Assembly (NCBI GenBank): GCA_001179505.1
Contig: CDMY01000666.1
Coordinates: forward strand, 62,001-126,000
Length of the DNA: 64,000 bases
From: Vitrella brassicaformis CCMP3155
Taxonomy: Eukaryota; Protista; Chromerida
Direction of reading: 5' to 3'
The stretch's first letter is position 1. Each line of letters begins with the position of its first letter. The notes beneath the pieces were generated by a model. The model made no database searches, was not told the origin of the DNA, and saw nothing but the letters and a program-made list of their open reading frames with translations. A program made the translations under genes and the position numbers. Of this stretch, positions 36,583 to 46,021 are shown piece after piece.

Positions 36583-37349
36583 CGGCCTTCCCAAAGTAGG
36601 CACAGTGTGGCATGAGTAGGCCTCCGTCTCCCCCTGCTTGCCAGACGTGCGTGCAGGGTCTCTCCCGCCGTGTCTAGGACGATAGATGCTAAGTCTCTTG
36701 GGTGTCGTCGGGTTTTGAATGACCACGCCAGCTTGCCCTGCCTGCGTCTTTCCTGTCTGTCTGTCGTCTTGACTGGGCGGTTTAAGGAGGCTGCGTTGAC
36801 CAGCTGCCTTGCCTTCTTCTCCCTCGTACGCTCCTCTGCGTGATTGGCTGCCCTCGCCTGTCTCGTCTTCCTCTGTGTGTGTGTGTGTGTGTGTGTGCCT
36901 GTCTGCGTGGCTGCACGCGAACAGATCTTCGCGAGTGTCTGGCCCGCACAGTGTCTCGTCTCTTCCATGTATCTGCTTAAGCGTTCACTGAGCTTGTGAG
37001 TACGGTGACCTTCCATGTATCTGCTTGGACATTACGGTGACAGTAAGGGGCTGTAGAACCTGCATAGACAGAGCTTTGCTTCTCTCCCCTTCCCGCTTAC
37101 ACACACAGGTGCGACATGAGACAAGTAGGCTTCGTTGTCGCTCTTGCCTGCTTCCTGCGCATGTTTGCCCTGGGTGGTTCATGAGCGAGTACAGAAATAC
37201 AATGATAACCATACATGACAAAATGTACAAGATATGAGTCTGTCTCGTGTTGCGTGACTTACTCTGTTTTGTCTCTACCCCCTCGTGTGTATGTGTCGCT
37301 GTCATTATTGATGTGCGTGGGGTGGATGTCTCCTTTCTCTGTAGCTTTC

Positions 37350-37959
37350 TCATTGGCTGCATCTATGGTACGTGTGCCCAATTTTATGGCGGCACGAGTA
37401 AGGAGACGAATGCGTCTCTCCACTTCTACGCCATACACACATACCCCCACATAGATAGATACATACATACATACATTCCGAACACGTCGCTGATGGCCAT
37501 TCCAGAACACTGCCCTCATGGATCGACAGTCAGTGGGCGAGGGAGTCCGTCAAGCGACGAGGTCGCTTTTTGCCTCTCCCTCATTTGTTCTGGCGTGTGT
37601 CTGCTGTGCGGTCGGCCCTTTCCTCTCTCCCTCTGCTGTCCTCATGTAATGTGCTGTGCTGTACATGGGCAGTTCTCTGTCCGCATGTCTGGACAAGGGT
37701 GAGTGATCAATTGCATAAGCGACTCTGACCGAATATGGTGCAAGTCATTTTTGGTGTCTCATCTGAATGGAATTCGACGCAGCCATACTCACATGAACTC
37801 ACACATCGTCACTTCCACGTAACCACCGCCTTGGCGCGTGCGGTGCTGGGGCCAGGAGTGGCGCCATTCGTACTCGACGAACGGGTAGAAGACCAGCAGC
37901 AGGATGGCGACAGTTCTGATGGCACGGACAGAGCGAAGGAGGGGGGCACACACACGTGA
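37350..37959 (+). pseudogene. Divergent or degraded 3' portion of the lineage-specific family also present at 56550-57979
   Basis: RHFHVTTALARAVLGPGVAPFVLD (37.8-37.9 kb) aligns with DRFPKTTRLARVALGRVAPFVFD. Nucleotide match gtggcgccattcgt. Upstream exons are only weakly recognisable. Confidence 0.5.
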
Positions 37960-38444
37960 ATGAGTGTATGGTACACACGAACAGAGACACAGACGCGCAT
38001 CTCCATTATGTGGCTTATGTATGGGTCAGATTCCACCACTGCTGGCAACGGTGATGGGGAAGATGTGATGTGGATGACGGGGTAATGTGACATTTATCGG
38101 TGGATCATGCTCAGGCGTACGTGCGTGCCACCTGTGATTTGTTTGGCTATGGCAGGGAGACATGAGGATCTCATTTTTGGTTGGTCGATACATACATTCA
38201 TTTATTCGCACATGCGTACATACATAGAAAAGCCAGAGACAGATGGCTACGCTGATTTCTCTTCGGGAGTATGTGCGTGTGAAGTGAATATGTTGGACAC
38301 TGGTGTTATGCAGTGAACATGTAAAGTGTACTGCCACGCGTAACAGAAGCTCATTCAGATAGACGAATGTCCGCACCACACCACATACAAGTCGAATCGC
38401 ATCACAGAGGAGAAAAGAGTATGACACCCAACAAAGACTGCCGT

Positions 38445-39962
38445 CTAGCCAGCTGTCCTTTGGCTGATAGCCGCCAAGGCGATCTCATCGAAAAGAGCAT
38501 GGGGCGCATCGGCCTTGTGGAGCGTCCCGTCCTTGGACATTCTGACCACGTGATCGTGGACAGTGCCGTGCCACCAGGCCTTCTTGATGTCGACGTTGTA
38601 CGGGATGCCCGGCTGGCTGCCAGGCGCATCCTTAAACGTGCTCAACAGCCACACAGGGAGACGCGCGTGGGGACACTCTCTCAGAGACTCAAGCGACACA
38701 GCATCACTCAAACCCAGCACTTGACTATTTGCTTTGAACCCTGATACACGGACAGACAGAGAGGAGTCACACGATTCCCTGAGCCTGTCTGGTCTGCTGA
38801 CTTGCTCGATTACCTGAGAGGATAGCGTCCCTTATCACCTCGTTCTTCGCGCGAGACGTGCGATCGCGACAGATTATGATGCCGACCAACTGGTCGGGAT
38901 CGTCCTTCAGAATCTCCACACGAATGCCCTTTTTCGCGAACGCCTCACAGATGTAGTCGCCAACATCCTTGGCAAATGCAAGCTGACTCTTCGTCTACAC
39001 GAGAAGCAACCAAGAAACAATGTGACACACACACACACACACACACAGAAAACGCCACAGACCCACCGCGGTTTTCTGTCCATTGGCGTAGTGCAGCAAC
39101 AATCGCACCGGCGGCGTCTGCGTCTCCTCGGTAGTCACTGGAGGCTTGAGTGCCGGCACTGTTGGGCGATTGAATCGTGTCGTAGCGACTCTGTCAGGGG
39201 CCTGAGAAGTGGACGACGGTCTCTTGGACACAGCACCTTGGTCCTGTGCACCCGCACACCCGTGGCTCTCTCGAGTGACAGACACATCTTGCTTGTGCTT
39301 CTCCCGTCCATCATCTGGGGTGAAGTCCCAGTTCAGCGTCGTCGCAAACGAATACCCGGTCTCGGCGGTCTCGCCAAGGATGTCGATAAACCGGAAAGTT
39401 GGAGGCCCTCGACGTCCCATCCCTATCGTGGTTGCATACTTGTTGGTGTACTGCCACACAGCTGTGCCGAGCGGCTGCTCACGGTCATCGCCATCATGCT
39501 CCCACTGCTCTTTGATCTTGTACTTGTAACGCAGAACACCGCTGTCGGGCACCGTGATGGTGATCTTCTTCTGGAACACAACGCCGCCCCTGGACACAGA
39601 CAAGTCAAGATCATTGAGATCTTTGACATCCTCTGCAGCTTCTCTCACTTGAGAACACATAGCGCCTCCTCCGTTGCGCCTCCTCCGTTGCATACATTTG
39701 TTCGTGAGGCTGGAGTGAAAGTGAAGGTGTTCTCCTTTGTGCGCTTATCCCAATTACCTGCATTCACACACGAACAGATCTCCACCTGCGCTTTGCCATT
39801 TTTAGCTTGCAAGAGACGCCGGGGAGAGGTACCAAGCTCTGGGCAGTTGCCGTGAATACTCACGAGGGAGTCTTTGTTGAGGTTCCCCCCAATCACAGCG
39901 AACCACACTTCCGCATGCTTCCCTGGAGATAGCTGATTTGCTGAGGATAACTGCGGCCACAT
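38445..39962 (-). CDS. C3: CBM20-like + alpha/beta-domain paralogue
   Basis: SIHGNCPELG|GNWD..K|GGVVFQKKITITVP..LRYKYKIKEQWEH..DREQ; RLLLHYANG; EAFAKKGIRVEILKDDPDQLVGIIICRD..DAILS; LPVWLLSTF..QPGIP..AWWHGTVHDHVVR. First ATG at 39962; GTG-GGA-GAT-CTT-CCA-GCC-ATC at 39986 matches the C1 N-terminus. Confidence 0.75.
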
Positions 39963-40029
39963 GAAGATGGCTGGAAGATCTCCCACTCTCACGGCTGCAG
40001 CGATGGGCGGAAAACGTGGACTTCCCAGT

Positions 40030-40095
40030 CCGCTTCCGATTCCTACTTCCGATTCCTACTTCCGATTCCGACTTCGGCTTCCGAGTCCGACTCGC
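40030..40095. repeat. Tandem (TTCCGA/TTCCTA) hexamer repeat in the C3/G5 divergent intergenic region
   Basis: tccgcttccgattcctacttccgattcctacttccgattccgacttcggcttccgagtccgact read directly. Confidence 0.85.
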
Positions 40096-40164
40096 TTGCC
40101 GCTGCGTGTCAGGATCATCCAGTCTGCGGTGCACGTTCTTGCATCATTGCGCGATTCATCCAGC

Positions 40165-40982
40165 ATGAGCAACGAAGCAGCACCCGCCAAGGCGAGAGCG
40201 GCGTTCAGCGAGGGACCTGGTCACACCCACACCACCAATACGCTGCCGCCGCCGCCCGCACCACCCATCGCCATGCTCCTGCCGACCGCGCCCGCGGGTG
40301 CAAGCAAGAAGCCACCGAAGGAGAGGAAGGAAGAAGCCCCCAAGAAGCCACCCACAGAGAGGAAGAACTGTCGAGCGTCCTCGGGCAGCTACGACTACAG
40401 GGGCATCTTGCCTCCCGAGTTTGGCGGCACTCGCGCGCAGGAAGATGACGACCCCGACAAGTTCAACAAGAAGTGAGTGTGGGCGAAGGGGCGAGGAGGG
40501 GGAGAAGGGGGAATGGATAGGGTCTGTCTCTATCCTTTCTTGGTGCTGCAGGTTGGTGGAAGTCAAGCGGACCCTCAAGGAGCACAAGGCATGTATTGTC
40601 AGCGTCCTCCTGGCTGGCGAGCCTGGGTATGATGAGCAATCAGCCAGGCTCAGCCCATCCTTCTGTTTCTTATCTATCGATCTCCTGCTCATTCAGGGTC
40701 GGCAAGTCGACGTTTTCGAACCGTGTGCGTTCCATTTTGAAGGCGAAGGGCCCGAGCGACAGTTTCGTCCAGGTGAGACACGCGGCGGCAGCACCATGCC
40801 TTCGTCATTCTGTTGTGATTGATCGTGTCCCGCGCTGCATGCAGTTCACTCGCACGACTCCGGGCAGCCATGAGGGCAGCGTCACATCGACGTTCGAGAC
40901 GTACGAACTCGGCGGCAACAAGCGTGTCCTTCTGCAAGACGGCAAGGGTGCGCACGGTCGCTCACGCTTCATCATAGCGATC

Positions 40983-41017
<35 letters not shown>

Positions 41018-41488
41018 TGTGTTTAGGTCTCGAGGATGGTGACACCGACCTGCTGGAGCTTGCCGTCACGGGCCGCCTGAGAAATGGGTATGACATGACG
41101 ACTCCGATGGACAAGATCAAGGAGGTTCTGGCCAAGAACGGCATGGGAGGCGCCGCTGATCTCACCAAGGAAGAGGAGAAGATCATCTCGCTCCTGCGGT
41201 AGGGACCACAGGACGCATTGCCACAGATCACACACAACAACTCGTCGCTGTCTGTGGGTTTGTCTGTCTGCATGTGTCAGACTTGGCAGTGAGGCCGAGT
41301 GTGAGGACTACCTCCCAAGGCCGTGTTCCTGGTCCTCGATGCTTCGAACACGGGCGACACATCCCTCGACCAGTATCAGGAGTTCGTCAGAGTGATCAAC
41401 AGTAAGTATCACACACACACACACACATACACGCGCAGACACTCAGACACACACTCCTTGACAACATGTCGGCCCTGCATCCCCCGCA

Positions 41489-41521
<33 letters not shown>

Positions 41522-42544
41522 ATGTGTGTGTGTAGAACACAAGGTGAAGCTCATGGTCATCCTCAACAAGTGCGACAAGATCATCGAGGGCCCCGAGGAG
41601 CGCAAGGCCGTCAGGGATGACCCCCTGTCGATCATCGATCATCCGGACATCGAAGACAAAGTCGAGGAGGTCTCGGAGACCCTGGGGTGGGCGATACGCA
41701 CGCAACACAAACATGTACACACACTACCCAACGACCTGTGCTGTTGGTGTGCATTCAGTGTTGAGAGCTACAACGTGTTTCCGATGATCAGCCGGCCCAG
41801 ATCGACGCAGCTGAGCCCCGCCCAAAGCCTGGTGATCCTGCGACCGTTTGCATTCGTCATGACCAACCTCAAACGCTGCAACAGGGAGTAAGCGAGCAGC
41901 ACACCGACTTGACAGGAAGCCACGCATTCTGTGTATATGTCACGTGGTGTGTGTGAATGTGTGTGTGTGTGGCGGCTGCAGGAAGCTGCTCGACCAAGAG
42001 GCAGTGGAGTACTCTGACGGCGAGGACATCGAGTCCGAAGATGAGGATGACGACGGAGTAGACGACACCGAAGACGACGCAGCGGTAGGTAGTGCACAAC
42101 ACACATCCACAGTGTCCATCGACCCATTCTTTTCTCCTCTGTGTGCTGCATATGAAGTAGGAAGACGTTCGCAGTACCCAAGACAATGCCAGACAAGACA
42201 ATCCCGCCCGCACCCAAGACACCCCCCCTATCGGCCAAGACACTCCCGCCCACACGCAAGACCCACTCTCTCTCAGCCAAGACAATCCCCGTCCCGCCCA
42301 AGACACACCTTCTCCCGCCCAAGGTCGTCCTTCGCCGAGAAGTCAACCCTTTTTTGCTCGGAGTTTCTTCTGCGTGTGTGCCGTCGCACTTGTGCTGGCT
42401 GCCATCGTGGTCTTTCGTTATGTACCGGCCCTTTCCTTCGCCTCTTTCCTGTGTGCCTGGCTGCCTTACACTCGACGCATGCATATGAATGATGACGTGG
42501 CCAGGGATATTGCACGGAACGGGCGCTATCTGCTGGCGCCATGA
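40165..42544 (+). CDS. P-loop GTPase paralogue G5 (IFI44-like), P/K-rich N-terminus, QD-repeat linker and C-terminal transmembrane anchor
   Basis: VLLAGEPG|VGKST; SVTSTFETY; LLQDGKG; KAVFLVLDAS; VILNKCD; QLSPAQSLVILRPF; acidic exon; last exon ..FFCVCAVALVLAAIVVFRYVPALSFASFLCAWL..DVARDIARNGRYLLAP* (TGA 42542-42544). Confidence 0.85.
42176..42325 (+). repeat. Degenerate 21-bp coding minisatellite (QDxPxxx heptads) in the G5 last exon
   Basis: caagac recurs about every 21 nt: TQDNARQDNPARTQDTPPIGQDTPAHTQDPLSLSQDNPRPAQDTPSPAQ. Confidence 0.8.
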
Positions 42545-43187
42545 CGTCATGGTCATTTTCCTGTGAATTCATTTTCTTCTCGTCTGCTGGAGTCTGTCGG
42601 CCAGCTTGCTTGCTTGCTTGCTTGGTGATTGATGAGTCTTGTGATGCGGCGTGTCCTGTGGTGCGTTGACTCTTTCTCTCATGTGTGGCCGTCCGACTGT
42701 CGGTCAGCTGCTTGCATACGCAGTGAGCTGATGTCCATTTCCGCCTGTTGCCTCCCTCATGCGCTGTGTGTGCTTCGTCGATTTTCTCAACATGTGTGTA
42801 CGTGTGCGCAGGTGTTTGGGTGGGGTTTGGGTCGATGTCGCCTCATGGTAAGGAAGCAGTAATTAGGTGTGTCATGGTTGCCGGCTCGCAGCACCACGCT
42901 AGGCACTTGGATGTGCGGTGAGCTGGCGACCACGTTCGGTTCTCGTGTCGTGTGTGTCTGTGTGTCTGTGCAGTGATCGTGTTTGCAATTGCGTGTCCAT
43001 GTGGTAATATGTATTGGTATCTGTTGTGTGGTGCGATTGAGGATTGCGATGCATGTCACGGATGAAAAGGCTGCTCGAACTCGTGCCTCTCAGATCAAAC
43101 CAACGTTACACGGACGTCCTGCCTATTCCTGCCTCATATTCCTGCAGGAGCTTTTGCTCGCTGGTTTGCCTTCATCCCTTTCCCGGG

Positions 43188-44410
43188 ATGATGCCAGAGG
43201 GTCTCCATGACCCTGGCCAACATGGTCCCAGCATGAGCATGAGTCCATGTCACGACGCGCTCATGCTTGGCCAACATTCAAATTCGGTAGGATGAGGAAA
43301 CAAGGCTCACAAGGCCACACATACGGGTGAATGGTGTCACTGCAGTTCACCGATGACCCGGAAAAGCAAGATGAGCTTCACTTCGGCTCTTTGCCCTCGG
43401 AGCAAGAAGCTGGGTTCACACAAGAGGATGGTCTGCAGCAACACTGGCAGCACTATGCGGTGACCGTCGGTTTGCCCTCTAGCATGCCCTCTCCGTCGCC
43501 ATCACACTCACTCCACGACCCCCTGCTGCCTCCCTGCACGCCTCCCTCTTATCGAGTAGCCTCTTATCCCGATGCGGCACACACCACGCCACCACCACCC
43601 TCATGTAAGTCATCACGCACAAGAAGAAGGTGACCATTGCCTTCTTCTGCTGCATGCTATATCTCAGCTGAAGAGGTTGGCGAAACTCAGAAGCGGATCT
43701 GCGAGTTCATCAACAAGCACTGGCTGAGGTTGGAGGTCGACCGCAAACGCTCACGCAAGAACGTCGATCCGATGCAAGCCGCTGCTCAAAACATCCTGTT
43801 GTGGTTTGCAACGTCAGCGAGGCTGGGGCAAGGCTGGCGCTTCGCCATGACGCCCTCCGCCATCGATGAGCGCAAGGGGAAGAACGGACGCTGTGGAAAC
43901 AAGTACCGAGTCCTGGCACTTCGGAAGCCTCTGCACGTGTTGAGCCATGCGGACCCTTCCCAGCCCCACATATTCGCTGAGCACAATGGGATGCAACAGT
44001 GCTTCTTTCCTGTGGCGGTCGACCGCACCGCAACTGAGGAGGACGAGAAGGAGATAGCGGTGTGCATCCACGAGGAGGGCGGGGTGCTGTGTGGCAAGCT
44101 CGGCAGGCAGAAGGACATCACGAAGCACCTGAAGGATGCACACAAGCTCAATCCAAGTCGGGGCGGCGGCGATGCGACGGTTGCTCAAGATTCTGAGGTG
44201 CGTGACCATAACCAGCCTGCTGCTGTCCCCCTCACTGTGTCTCGCTGACATATGCAGGCGCCTCCGCCCCTCATCCCCCTGTATGGACCGTCCCCCGTTC
44301 ACGCCAATGCTGGACAGGTACGCGGATGAGAGGGTCACTGGACGCCACGTTCATCGACTGCATTATGTCTGCAGTGGAGCCATGGGCCGAGCGGGCATCC
44401 ACACGTAAGC
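43188..44410 (+). CDS. Z2: paralogue of Z1 with a C2H2-like zinc finger; ends approximate
   Basis: ICEFINKHWLRLEVDRKR..QCFFPVAVDR..IAVCIHEEGGVLCGKLGRQKDITKHLKDAH. KDIT(R/K)H(I/L)K..H is shared with Z1. The 3' flank shares ccgccgtgt..gacgatagatgct with Z1 (36665-36693 vs 44963-44990). Confidence 0.65.
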
Positions 44411-45447
44411 AGACGGGACGGCGTTTTGATGGCATGGCGAGGGCTTGACATGCTGTGTGCTTGCCGAATCTTCAGGACCCTTACCATGCATATGGGCGGA
44501 AGGCTCGAGACATGGAGCCCTCTGCAGCAGGGAAGGATGACGAGTTCGCTTCGTCTGCGATCGGCTAACGTGGTGCTTTGTGTGCGTGTCACGAGACAGC
44601 AGTTGGCCTTTTGGCTTTTTGACTTAGTGGCACCTCAGTGGCTGTCGTGTGGGAGGAGACACGGGGGATTTTGCATCTTCCCCCATGTCCGCTTTGCTCA
44701 TCCGCTCGTGTCGGGGACCGTCTATGTGTTGTGCATGTTGCGTGTGTATGGTGCATACAGCTTTCCACGGCTGTGTGTACACAGATATATATCTTCCTGG
44801 CTTGTATTACGGTCTTTATCCTGCCTGTGTTTCTCTTTCTTCTGGGCCGCCCCATGCTGCGCATCACCGTGTCTGTGTGAGTGTGTGTGGTCTGTGTGTG
44901 GCCCGTGTGGGTCTGTCTGTCTGAGTGTGTCCCTGTGTGCTATTCCTATAGCTCAGCTTTTTCCGCCGTGTTTGGGTACGATAGATGCTTAACAGACACT
45001 CGTATGCATAGGCACAGTGTGATTTGCATCGAGTGTCCGTAGGACGTTTATACAGACAGAGATGTGTGTGTGTAATCTACTTCTCCCTGACTGTGTGCCG
45101 TCTCACTGTGTTGCCCGGAATGCCGTGTCCTTCTGTCTTCCCGCCTGCTCGTCTTGCCTGGTCGGTGGATGTGTTTTCTTCTCGTGTGTGGTTAACGACT
45201 GATCATGGGCCAATCGCTGTTTGCGGGTCGACGTGTTTTTATGAATGTCGGCAATTCTGTCTGTCGACAGACAGGGATGAATGGGAGCAAACAACACATA
45301 CAACAAAGCGTAACGGACAAATGTACTTGTACAGATCAGTCGACGGTACAAATGTATTTGAATTTAAGAGGACGATGCATTCGAATTCAAGTATGTCATG
45401 TACATTCATTGATACCACAACCTAGGCCTGCTTGTGCTAATAGGCCC

Positions 45448-45534
45448 CCTCTTTCTTGTGCGCCTGGCTGTCTTACTCTCGACGCGTGCATATGAATGAT
45501 GACATGGCCAGGGATATTGCACGGAACGGGCGCT
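45448..45534 (+). other. Orphan duplicate of the G5 terminal-exon tail
   Basis: cctctttcttgtgcgcctggctgtcttactctcgacgcgtgcatatgaatgatgacatggccagggatattgcacggaacgggcgct closely matches 42441-42527. Confidence 0.9.
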
Positions 45535-45964
45535 GGTGTGTTCGAGTACTCAGAAAGTCTGTGTGCTTCTCATGGCCTGTCTGCTCCGGCGGTCGAGCAA
45601 TTGCAACATCTTGATTCATCAACGATAAATTCCAACCATCAACTCACGTCTGACGGGACTCCTGCTGCCCCCTGGAAGGTCTCACGACCGTTGAAAGGGC
45701 GAAAACGCCTCCTGATGATGATCGAATCAATGCGAGCTGCAAGGTCCTCACGGTAGGCGTTGAATGCCTCCTGGTGCCGGGCTGTGTCCATCTCGTGGAC
45801 ACTCGACGGCGAGGAGATCTCTGTCGATGAGTGAGCAGCCATGAGCGAGAACCGGAATGCAACCACTCCTGGCATAGGGCGGCAGCGGCATCATTCAGCA
45901 GCGGCCCGCACGTCACCAGGTCAGGACTCAGGAGGACGAAAGGAGCGGCCGTGGATCATTCTGC

Positions 45965-46004
<40 letters not shown>

Positions 46005-46021
46005 CTTCTCAGTGTGACGAG

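Noticed and set aside
35936-37016. Long ORFs with QTDRQPDS / CLAVWLSG repeats
   Set aside because: These are translations of the (CTGT)/(CTGG) microsatellite, not credible proteins.
37800-37916. Apparent minus-strand exon TVAILLLVFYPFVEYEWRH with a look-alike at 56530-56600 (+)
   Set aside because: It is the antisense shadow of the lineage-specific family C-terminus (TT.LAR..LG..VAPFV.D), which explains both copies on the opposite strands.
42600-43100. GT-rich ORFs between G5 and Z2
   Set aside because: Low-complexity UTR/intergenic sequence giving C/V-rich translations typical of microsatellite DNA.
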